Shown here piece after piece: positions 56,959-64,000 of a stretch of DNA of 64,000 bases. A program made the position numbers and the translations under genes. The stretch spans positions 70,111 through 134,110 of the forward strand of contig JBAZZB010000001.1 of the NCBI GenBank assembly GCA_041659045.1, read 5' to 3'. Positions within the stretch are counted from its first letter, which is position 1. Each line of letters opens with the position of its first letter. The DNA is from Patescibacteria group bacterium (GTDB taxonomy: Bacteria; Patescibacteriota; Patescibacteriia; SG8-24; DYFX01). The notes beneath the pieces are model-generated. The model had not been told where the DNA came from and did no database searches. It saw only the letters and a program-made list of their open reading frames with translations.

Positions 56959-57999
56959 ATGAAAACAGCTGAATCCGTCACCGAAGGCCATCCCGACAAA
57001 GTCTGCGATCAAATCGCCGATGCTTTGTTGGATGAATATCTCCGTCGCGACCCACGCAGCCGTGTCGCGCTCGAGGTTTTTGGTTCGCACGGAATGCTCA
57101 TGGTCGGCGGCGAGGTGACTTCGCAAGGCGAAGTCGACATCGAAGCGATGGCCAAGCACGTCTACAAGCAGATCGGTTATGACGACGAACTCGAAGTCTT
57201 CGTGAACATCGAACTGCAGTCCGGCGACATCGCGCAAGGTGTCGACGTGGGCGGGGCAGGGGACCAAGGCATCATGTACGGTTACGCTTCGATCGAAACA
57301 CCGAGCTTCATGCCGGCGCCGATCGCGCACGCGCACGCTCTCTCGACGAGCTTGTCTGATTTGCGCCGCCACGATCCAGCCTTCGCCTGGCTTCGGCCCG
57401 ACGGCAAAACGCAGGTTACGATGGATCATGGTCGCGTCACGACCGTCGTTGTTTCCGCGCAGCACGCGCCAGATATCGCGCAGGAAGAAATTCGCGCGCG
57501 CATTATGGAGCGCGTCATCACGCCGGTTATCGGCTCGCTCGACGGTGTCGAAGTCCACGTCAATCCGACGGGCCGCTTTGTCGTGGGTGGTTTCACGGCC
57601 GATACCGGCCTCACGGGACGCAAATTGATGGTTGATACCTACGGCGGCATCATTCCGCACGGCGGCGGCGCTTTTTCAGGAAAGGATTCGACGAAGGTCG
57701 ATCGCTCCGCAGCCTACATGGCGCGCTTTGCTGCTAAGAACCTCGTGGCTGCCGGATACGCCAAGAAGTGCATGGTCTCGGTCGCGTACGCGATCGGTAA
57801 GGCAGATCCTGTGATGTTGACCGCGCGCTCTGAGGACGGACGTGATTTGTCGCCACTTCTTATGAAGTATTTTGACTTCCGTCCGCAAGCAATTATCGAG
57901 CGGCTCGATTTGCGCAAGCCGATTTTCCGCGCCTCCGCGGCCTACGGTCACTTTGGTCGCGATCAGTTCCCGTGGGAACGATTGATCGAGTTGAAATAA
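56959..57999 (+). CDS. metK: S-adenosylmethionine synthetase (short, 346 aa)
   Basis: TAESVTEGHPDKVCDQIADALLDEYL, GAGDQGIMYGYA, GGGAFSGKDSTKVDRSAAY. Confidence 0.9.
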   Translation: MKTAESVTEGHPDKVCDQIADALLDEYLRRDPRSRVALEVFGSHGMLMVGGEVTSQGEVDIEAMAKHVYKQIGYDDELEVFVNIELQSGDIAQGVDVGGAGDQGIMYGYASIETPSFMPAPIAHAHALSTSLSDLRRHDPAFAWLRPDGKTQVTMDHGRVTTVVVSAQHAPDIAQEEIRARIMERVITPVIGSLDGVEVHVNPTGRFVVGGFTADTGLTGRKLMVDTYGGIIPHGGGAFSGKDSTKVDRSAAYMARFAAKNLVAAGYAKKCMVSVAYAIGKADPVMLTARSEDGRDLSPLLMKYFDFRPQAIIERLDLRKPIFRASAAYGHFGRDQFPWERLIELK

Positions 58000-58008
58000 G
58001 AGTTCAGG

Positions 58009-58032
58009 ACGCGCGAGAGCGCGTTCTTTGTG
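58009..58032 (+). terminator. weak terminator-like hairpin after metK
   Basis: acgcgc-gaga-gcgcgt hairpin followed by tctttgtg. Confidence 0.35.
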
Positions 58033-58048
58033 ATAGAGTGATACTACT

Positions 58049-58894
58049 ATGCGAGCAAAAACATTCTCCTTCTTGATACTTGCCGCGCTCTTCTTGGCCG
58101 CGGCTGGAACAGCGTTCGCTTTTCGCGTCGTGATTCGCGACGTTCTTACCGCGCGTTTCAAGCCGGCTCTGCCTACCGCGCAGCCGTACGTACCGCCAAC
58201 GGAACCGTCGCCGACCCCCGCGCCGGAACCTGAGACGAAACCTGTGCCAACACCCGCGCCGACCCCCGCGCCTACTCCGACTCCAAAGCCTGCCCCGACA
58301 CCTTCGCCAAGCCCGACACCTTCGTCGAAGGGCGTGAACCTCGCCGTGCCGTTCACCTCACAGGCGCCGAAAGCTGACTGGAGCATGCCGTATCAAGAAG
58401 CGTGCGAAGAGACGTCGCTCCTCATGGTCAATGCCTTTTTGTCCGGTGCGGGCGCGTTCACACCAGACACGGCTGATGCGCAGATTCTCGAACTCGTCGA
58501 ATGGGAGAAGACACACTTCGGCTACTACGAAGACACGACCGCCGAAGAAGTGGCGGAGACCGCTCGTGAACGCTTCTCGTATGCGAAATCACGCGCAGTG
58601 AAGATCAAGTCGATCGCCGATATCAAGGCGGTACTCAATCGCGGGTTGCCCGTCATCATCCCCGCCGCCGGGCGGCAGCTCTTTAATCCGAACTTCTCTG
58701 GCGCGGGTCCGAAATATCACATGCTTGTCGTCAAAGGCTATACGAAAGACGGCAAGATTATCACGAACGACCCTGGCACTCGGCGTGGCGCCGACTACGT
58801 GTACGAAGCGGACGTGCTGTGGAACGCGATTCATGATTGGAACGGCGGCGACGTCGACAACGGCGCGAAGATGATGGTCGTTGTCGAGAAATAA
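58049..58894 (+). CDS. secreted protein with Pro/Thr/Ala-rich linker and C-terminal globular domain (possibly peptidase C39-like)
   Basis: Signal peptide; PTPAPEPETKPVPTPAPTPAPTPTPKPAPTPSPSPTPSS linker; C-terminal domain with Cys (EACEE) and His (YHMLVVKGY) residues spaced as in papain-like/C39 folds. Tentative. Confidence 0.45.
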   Translation: MRAKTFSFLILAALFLAAAGTAFAFRVVIRDVLTARFKPALPTAQPYVPPTEPSPTPAPEPETKPVPTPAPTPAPTPTPKPAPTPSPSPTPSSKGVNLAVPFTSQAPKADWSMPYQEACEETSLLMVNAFLSGAGAFTPDTADAQILELVEWEKTHFGYYEDTTAEEVAETARERFSYAKSRAVKIKSIADIKAVLNRGLPVIIPAAGRQLFNPNFSGAGPKYHMLVVKGYTKDGKIITNDPGTRRGADYVYEADVLWNAIHDWNGGDVDNGAKMMVVVEK

Positions 58895-58906
58895 AAAACG
58901 CTTCTT

Positions 58907-59260
58907 TCAGAGAAGCGGAAGAATGGCGAGCAGGTAGAGGTGCCAGCACATGACAAGGGTCTGGATGATGATCGCCGTCAGGAGCAACCTCCAAAACGTG
59001 CGACGATATCCGTGAGGTGCCGCGCGCGTTAGGACGGCAAGCGCGACGGTCAGGCAGACGGCAAGCATCATCTTTCCAATCGAGCCAGCGAACTCGCTGT
59101 GCGCGAACCAGGCGCGCATGACCGGATTTATCTCGCGTCCTCCGTGACGTAAGATGTCGATCGTCGCGAGAAGATCGAAGACATGGAGCTGCATGAGCAG
59201 AACCGCGCACAAAGCAAGTACGATGCGCGAGGGCGGTTCCCAAGCGTTTGCGCTTTGCAT
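58907..59260 (-). CDS. small membrane protein (3 TM), hypothetical
   Basis: GAGGAG RBS 5 nt before the ATG; three hydrophobic helices. Confidence 0.45.
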   Translation of the reverse strand: MQSANAWEPPSRIVLALCAVLLMQLHVFDLLATIDILRHGGREINPVMRAWFAHSEFAGSIGKMMLAVCLTVALAVLTRAAPHGYRRTFWRLLLTAIIIQTLVMCWHLYLLAILPLL

Positions 59261-59324
59261 GTTCACTCCTCGGTTGAGAAGTTCCTACGTCCGTGGTATC
59301 ACGGGGCTATACTCACGTCAAACT

Positions 59325-59549
59325 ATGGAAAATCTTACATTCGATCTTGAAGAGTTGTATCAGGCCGTTAAAGAACGCGCGTTGTCCGAGGGCGCCTACG
59401 CACCGGAAGAGTGGAGCGACATTATCGACATGACGCTTCAGGATCGCGAAGAGTTCGCTGAAGTGCACGATGATGAGGAGCTCTCTGCCGTGAAAGAACA
59501 GCTCAAAGCGCGGTACGAGGAGTTCAAGGCTGAGGTCCCGGAAGCCTAG
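59325..59549 (+). CDS. small acidic hypothetical protein (74 aa)
   Basis: ORF MENLTFDLEELYQAVKERAL...; Glu/Asp-rich. Confidence 0.35.
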   Translation: MENLTFDLEELYQAVKERALSEGAYAPEEWSDIIDMTLQDREEFAEVHDDEELSAVKEQLKARYEEFKAEVPEA

Positions 59550-59591
59550 CCATTGACGTTTGATTGAAAAAAGCGTACTCTGCGTACGCTT

Positions 59592-59667
59592 GGGTCGGTA
59601 GCTCAGTCGGTAGAGCAACAGCCTTTTAAGCTGATGGTCCCGGGTTCGATCCCCGGCCGACCCACCA
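59592..59667 (+). tRNA. tRNA-Lys (anticodon UUU), CCA encoded
   Basis: Cloverleaf folded by hand: acceptor GGGTCGG/CCGACCC, D arm GCTC-AGTCGGTA-GAGC, anticodon loop CTTTTAA (TTT), T arm CCGGG-TTCGATC-CCCGG, discriminator A, then CCA. Confidence 0.85.
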
Positions 59668-59673
59668 GAAAAA

Positions 59674-59700
59674 GCCTTACTTCGGTAGGGTTTTTTCTTT
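59674..59700 (+). terminator. intrinsic terminator after tRNA-Lys
   Basis: ccttac-ttcg-gtaggg hairpin followed by ttttttcttt. Confidence 0.7.
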
Positions 59701-59741
59701 TGTCTGAACGGAACGCGTTTCCTTTGCTATACTCAGAGGGT

Positions 59742-60206
59742 ATGAACTTCGCTTTCTCGTGGGAATTCCCGGCCGCCGTCATCGGTGCTATCGCGGTTTC
59801 GATCGCGACCTTGGCGATCATCGTTGCGATTGCTCGAACGCACCACGGACCGACGCACACAGAACTCGCGTTGTTGGGAGTCTTGGCTGTCGTCAGCGTT
59901 TGGACGTGGAACACGCGTCTCGTGCTCGCTCAAAGATTTTTTCCTGATACGACGGGCGTTGTCGAAGAAAGCGTCGCGCTCAATCTTTTGAATCACAGTG
60001 ATTGCGCGGCCTTTGTCGCGCAGACGGGATTAGGAAAAGACGACGGTGCGGTTTGTGCCGTTCGTGTTTTGAGCGCACGCGGGCGATACGTGTCGACGAA
60101 CGCTCCTCGCAAATCATTCGAGTCACCATGCGACATCACACCGAATGAGGAAATTCGTCTGTGGTCGTTCGCTGTCGGTTCGCTTCGCGATTGGTGTTCT
60201 CGCTGA
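59742..60206 (+). CDS. hypothetical membrane protein
   Basis: Start at MNFAFSWEFP (M37 of the track ORF); two N-terminal TM helices. Confidence 0.4.
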   Translation: MNFAFSWEFPAAVIGAIAVSIATLAIIVAIARTHHGPTHTELALLGVLAVVSVWTWNTRLVLAQRFFPDTTGVVEESVALNLLNHSDCAAFVAQTGLGKDDGAVCAVRVLSARGRYVSTNAPRKSFESPCDITPNEEIRLWSFAVGSLRDWCSR

Positions 60207-60209
60207 GTG

Positions 60210-61259
60210 CTATTCGACCGTCGCGTGTCCGCCGCGGTTCGCTCCGATTACGACGTACCATACCTGCCCCTCCGCAAAGGGGATTTTTTGCCCTTCGTCA
60301 TTCAGAACCGTCGTCGGCTCGCTCGCGGATGTTTTTTTCCACGTACCGGAGAGCATTAAGCCGTCTCGAAAGACGCTTGCGGTTCCCGCTCCGATTGTCT
60401 GTAAGCCGATCAATCCTTTGCTGTGAGGGTCGGGGACGGTGAGCACGTCCATTTCAAGAACGACAACGGTACGAGGAGCGATCGCTGAACCGTCACGATC
60501 GCGCATCTGATGATTCCGTCTCCAAAGTGTGTAGCCGTCCTCTTTTATGTCCTCGCGGAATTCGATGGCTTCGCCTCCTTCGATGGGGATGATGCTGATG
60601 CGCGTCGCGGGCGTGCCTGTCGCGGCCTCACGACTCCGCGCCGTCGTATCAATCGCCTCTGTTGTTGTTGACCACCCCTTCTTTTCCATTAACTGGTTGA
60701 GCCGCAGGTTCGAAGTATACGTGTTGTGCGGAGCGTCTCTGCGCGAGTCGCGCCAGAACGTTGAGCCATTGTTGAATTCGTTGGCGTCGTCGAGTCCGAG
60801 CGTGCCGGCGGAGAGTTGCGCGAGCGCTTCGTCGCTGCCGCCGACATGCGCGTAGACAGCATCAAATTCGCGCGCCCAGCGCAAGAAATACGGGCGAGCG
60901 CTTCGTACGGGTCCGATCTCCGTCGTACTGGCGCTGCGGAAGATCAGCATGTTGCGTGTGAGTCCGCCTTCCACCGGAGCTTCCCAAACCACGTCGGCTT
61001 TCGAAACGCCAGATTGCGGCCGCGCATTCGGATGATTGTCGACCATGATCGCGACGGGGCGTGTGTGGTCGATGATGCGTTCTGGCTCAGGTACGGGCGG
61101 GGATGGCAGCGTAACGGGCGCGAGCGATCCTCGAACCCAGAGCGTGATCAAGCCTTCTCGCGCAAAAATATATCCCGAGAATTGCAGGAGAGGAACGCAG
61201 AGAAGGCCGAAGAGCAAGCCCGCAAAACCGATAAATTCTTTTTGTGTGAAGCGTCTCAT
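60210..61259 (-). CDS. DUF3048 domain protein
   Basis: N-terminal TM anchor; PVAIMVDNHPNARPQSGVSKADVVWEAPVEGGLTR matches the conserved DUF3048 core. Confidence 0.65.
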   Translation of the reverse strand: MRRFTQKEFIGFAGLLFGLLCVPLLQFSGYIFAREGLITLWVRGSLAPVTLPSPPVPEPERIIDHTRPVAIMVDNHPNARPQSGVSKADVVWEAPVEGGLTRNMLIFRSASTTEIGPVRSARPYFLRWAREFDAVYAHVGGSDEALAQLSAGTLGLDDANEFNNGSTFWRDSRRDAPHNTYTSNLRLNQLMEKKGWSTTTEAIDTTARSREAATGTPATRISIIPIEGGEAIEFREDIKEDGYTLWRRNHQMRDRDGSAIAPRTVVVLEMDVLTVPDPHSKGLIGLQTIGAGTASVFRDGLMLSGTWKKTSASEPTTVLNDEGQKIPFAEGQVWYVVIGANRGGHATVE

Positions 61260-61366
61260 GCCCACATCGTAACCTTTACGATGGGCGATTGACAATCGGT
61301 TTTTTTCTTGATGGAGTGTGCGCAGGTCATTTCGACCGCGCTAACCCTTCACCGAGGAGACATCCC

Positions 61367-62938
61367 ATGCCGAAGCTCGTAAAAGCGACGCTTGTCATGA
61401 GCGACCACCACCTCGGCGAGGGGAAGCCTAAGCTCGAGGATTTTCCGTCTGAGAACGAAAAGGCATATCTCGAGATGCTCGAGGCGCACTTGCGCATCAT
61501 CGGTCCGGACAGTGAATACGTGCACGTGATCGGTGGCGACTGGCTCGATCACCACGCGGTTGAATTCGAGGGCCGGTACGGAATTTTTCCGACGGAAGAA
61601 GCCGCGCTTGCCAAGACGCAAGCGATCATCAACGCGCACCGCGCGCACTTCGATGGCTTGGGCCAGCTGGCCGGATGCTATCCGTCGCTCGTCTTTCGAA
61701 TCGTCATCGGCAATCACGATCTCGACCTCTCGTGGGAGAGTGTGCAGTCGATGATTCGCGCCGCGCTCGTTCCTGCGGAAGAAGCGCACCGCGTGACGTT
61801 TCATCGCGAAGTACGCATCGCCGAGTCAGTGTTGTTCTGTCATGGCGACCAGTTCGATCCGTTTTCGGCGAATCCGCCGGAAGAGGAAACGTTCAAGGAC
61901 GACGTGATGATCAGCCGCAAGGTTATGCTGCTCATGCTGCTGCTTTCGCTTGTGCTCTCCGGTGCGCTGACGGGCGTCATGTTCGCCATCTTGCCGTATA
62001 CGTTCGCGGGTATCGCCGTCGGCAGCATCTTTTCTTTCTTCGTGCTGTTCCTCATGTTCCGTTGGATCGCCGGACACCTGGCGTTTCGTTGGGGGAGCGC
62101 GAAAAGAGTCTTGAACGTGCCGATCGCTTCGCACATGAACGCCGGGCTCGGCACGAAGCTCAAGAAGTGGTTCTTTCACGGGATTGGTCGGCGCGTCGAT
62201 CACGGCGACGAGTGGATTCTCGGTGTCGCTGAAAAGTGGTACGCCTTGCCGATTCTCTTGCCGATGATCGCGCTTGAAGTCATTGCGCTCAAGTTCTTCT
62301 ATCTGTTCCGGCGCCCGCGCGAGCGATTCAATCCGAGCTTGATGCTCGACTTGCTTGCTTCGACGATGCACGCCGATCGCATTGAGAAAGAGCTGAACGC
62401 GTTTTTGGCGGAACGTCCCGAAGTGTGCCACTTGATCGCGGGGCATACTCACGACGGCAAGATGGTTACGGTTGAGAACGGTGACCGCACGGTCATCTAT
62501 TACAACTCCGGAACGGCAATCCGTCAGATGCGCACCTTCAAGCCTGAAGTGCGTGCCGTAACGGCTTGGCCGAAGGTTGAAACGTTTTTCCGACGCGTGC
62601 TGTACTACTGGCTGCACGCGCCTTGGAAGGCGGTGGGATCAACGCTGGCATACGCCTTCTTTCCGGTCGCGATCTTCATGCTGCCGGAGCTGCCTGTCCT
62701 CACGACGCTCCGTTGGCCGATCGCGTTCGTCGCGCTCTTCCTTCTGCTGTGGTGGCAATTCGCCGCCGAGTATCGAGAGGGCCACTTCTTCCGCTTCACG
62801 CCTCCGGAAGTGCTCGAGTACGACGATGGTTCGGTGCGCGTACGTATTCTGCAATACGATCATGAAACCCGGCGCTTCCTTCTTCTGACCGGAGAAGATG
62901 CTTCGTGGGATCATTACACGGAAGGTTTAGTCGGTTGA
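61367..62938 (+). CDS. membrane-embedded metallophosphoesterase (catalytic domain interrupted by a multi-TM insertion)
   Basis: GAGGAG RBS; MSDHHLGEG (DxH), IGGDWLDHH (GD), VIGNHDLDL (GNHD), LFCHGDQFD, then about 170 aa of TM helices, then IAGHTHDG (GHxH), then further TM helices. Confidence 0.6.
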   Translation: MPKLVKATLVMSDHHLGEGKPKLEDFPSENEKAYLEMLEAHLRIIGPDSEYVHVIGGDWLDHHAVEFEGRYGIFPTEEAALAKTQAIINAHRAHFDGLGQLAGCYPSLVFRIVIGNHDLDLSWESVQSMIRAALVPAEEAHRVTFHREVRIAESVLFCHGDQFDPFSANPPEEETFKDDVMISRKVMLLMLLLSLVLSGALTGVMFAILPYTFAGIAVGSIFSFFVLFLMFRWIAGHLAFRWGSAKRVLNVPIASHMNAGLGTKLKKWFFHGIGRRVDHGDEWILGVAEKWYALPILLPMIALEVIALKFFYLFRRPRERFNPSLMLDLLASTMHADRIEKELNAFLAERPEVCHLIAGHTHDGKMVTVENGDRTVIYYNSGTAIRQMRTFKPEVRAVTAWPKVETFFRRVLYYWLHAPWKAVGSTLAYAFFPVAIFMLPELPVLTTLRWPIAFVALFLLLWWQFAAEYREGHFFRFTPPEVLEYDDGSVRVRILQYDHETRRFLLLTGEDASWDHYTEGLVG

Positions 62939-63017
62939 CGCTCTCGCCACATCGTTCACGAACGACGTGGCGGGGGCTTTTCTTTTTGGTCTTTTCCGGC
63001 TACCCTTGGCACAGACT

Positions 63018-63587
63018 ATGAAAAACGAAAGCTTTCTTCTGCACCTGAAGGTCGAACACGAAACGTTCGACGTGGCGCGTCGCGAAATTATTGGCGCGGC
63101 ATCCAAAGCGCAAAGCGCTTCCAAGCGCGCTATTTTTGCCGTGCTGCGCGAAGATGAGGCTGGTGCCAAGGCGCTTTTGGCCGAGGCAGAGGACGCTTTT
63201 GAGACGATTCGAGCGAAAGTGGAAAGGAATTCCCGCTTGGCACATGAAGGCTCGTATCGAGCTGCGCTCGAGGAGTACGCGGAAGCGCGGTTCATTGCGC
63301 AGATCGCGTGGAAAGGCGAAACGGTCGCTCTTGAAGGATTGGATGAAGAGACGCAAATCGCCGGACTCTGTGATGCGGTTGGCGAGACCGTGCGGCTCAT
63401 GACGTATTACGTCACTTCCGGTCGCGACGCTGAAGCGCGCGAACTGAAAACGCGGCTCGATCGCCTTGTTGCTGGACTCGACACGATGGAATACTCCGGC
63501 TATCTTCGCACGAAATACGATCAGGCGCGCTCGCATTATCGGAAAGCCGAAGACATCTTGTATGAGCTTTCCCTTCGCGGACGGTAA
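63018..63587 (+). CDS. hypothetical all-helical protein
   Basis: 190-aa ORF; no recognisable motif. Confidence 0.4.
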   Translation: MKNESFLLHLKVEHETFDVARREIIGAASKAQSASKRAIFAVLREDEAGAKALLAEAEDAFETIRAKVERNSRLAHEGSYRAALEEYAEARFIAQIAWKGETVALEGLDEETQIAGLCDAVGETVRLMTYYVTSGRDAEARELKTRLDRLVAGLDTMEYSGYLRTKYDQARSHYRKAEDILYELSLRGR

Positions 63588-64000
63588 TACGCGAAGCGTG
63601 GCAGCGATCGTGCCGGCGCTGAACGAAGAAAAAACAGTCGGCGATGTCGTGCGCGTGCTGAAGGCATCGAAGTCGATTGGCGAGGTGGTTGTTGTCGACG
63701 ACGGTTCTGTTGATCGAACGTCTGAGGAAGCGAAGAGAGCCGGTGCGCGCGTCGTGCGTCTTGATCATAATGTCGGCAAGGGTGGCGCGCTGCTTGCTGG
63801 CGCGCAAGCGACAACTGCTGGTATCTTTTTTTTCTGCGACGCCGATTTTATCGGACTGACTCCGGCGCATGTTGAACGTTTGCTTGCGCCAGTGAAGGAG
63901 GGGCGTCTCGTCATGTGCGCCGGACTTCGCGATCGCGGCCCGCTCGTGACGCGGGTTATTGCGCACCTGCCTCTGCTTTCCGGCGAACGCGCCCTTGAAC
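63562..64000 (+). CDS. partial CDS (3' end beyond window): family 2 glycosyltransferase (dolichyl-phosphate mannosyltransferase-like)
   Basis: Own reading of the frame starting at ATG 63562 (an in-frame GTG at 63598 is an alternative start): VAAIVPALNEEKTVGDVVRVL...VVDDGSVDRTSEEA...FFCDADF (the GT2 DxD and DAD signatures). Open to the window end, so not in the ORF track. Confidence 0.6.
   Translation, partial: MSFPFADGNTRSVAAIVPALNEEKTVGDVVRVLKASKSIGEVVVVDDGSVDRTSEEAKRAGARVVRLDHNVGKGGALLAGAQATTAGIFFFCDADFIGLTPAHVERLLAPVKEGRLVMCAGLRDRGPLVTRVIAHLPLLSGERALE

Noticed and set aside
56089-57660. 523-aa minus-strand ORF overlapping metK
   Set aside because: The N-terminal about 270 codons are antisense to metK. 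Only the 252-codon C-terminal part, which starts with a signal peptide, is plausible.
59592-61366. Integrative element at tRNA-Lys
   Set aside because: I looked for an integrase, a direct repeat of the tRNA 3' end, or phage genes downstream of the tRNA. Only small membrane proteins and a DUF3048 gene are present, with no recombinase signature.

Overview
Gene-dense bacterial chromosomal window (about 90% coding, overall GC roughly 57-58% by eye), with operons packed tightly: stop/start overlaps of the ATGA/TGATG type and short or absent intergenic spacers are common. All calls come from reading the sequence and the ORF translations; no database searches were run.

Housekeeping core: a sigma-70-family sigma factor, gyrB, a SEDS-family RodA/FtsW protein, rplY, prmC, prfA, rpmE, rpsB-tsf, a glycolytic block (gap, pgk, eno and two tandem diverged gpmI paralogs), tgt, queA, mutM(fpg), nth, a UvrD/PcrA-type helicase, metK and one tRNA-Lys(UUU). 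A long co-directional envelope operon carries a pilin-like fusion protein, a ZIP transporter, PAP2, a mannose-1-P guanylyltransferase, NUDIX, mltG, DUF2207 and a CNNM/CorC transporter. Many intrinsic terminators are readable as GC hairpins followed by T-runs.

Scattered through this core are about nine short segments with visibly higher GC and nearly saturated G/C at third codon positions, which look horizontally acquired: 3492-3905, 9093-9584, 11315-11713, 14169-16196, 16719-17798, 36959-37426, 48160-49382 (three ORFs), 51563-52660 and 53494-56030. Among them are a flotillin/SPFH-like protein, a T4 Rnl1-family (KxDG) RNA ligase and a DHH phosphoesterase.

Best candidate for an undescribed system: a terminator-bounded four-gene island (51.5-56.1 kb) of phosphoesterase-type enzymes. 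It holds a DHH protein, a divergently transcribed CYTH protein and a tandem pair of divergent calcineurin-like proteins. The downstream member of the pair keeps every metallophosphoesterase motif; the upstream paralog has lost the DxH and GHxH residues. This reads as an enzyme/pseudoenzyme pair.

Other notable items:
- A queA operon extended by four small overlapping unknown ORFs.
- Two near-identical palindromic terminator-repeats flanking a Lys-rich mini-ORF next to a PIF1-like helicase.
- A prepilin-leader protein fused to two carboxypeptidase-regulatory-like domains.
- A metallophosphoesterase split by a roughly 170-aa membrane insertion.
- A textbook TTGACA-17-TATACT promoter with a structured leader upstream of rpsB.

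No rRNA, CRISPR array, integrase or transposase was seen. Phylum was not determined. The short EF-Ts and MetK, the pilin fusion and the many DUF envelope proteins are reminiscent of a small-genome lineage, but this is not established.
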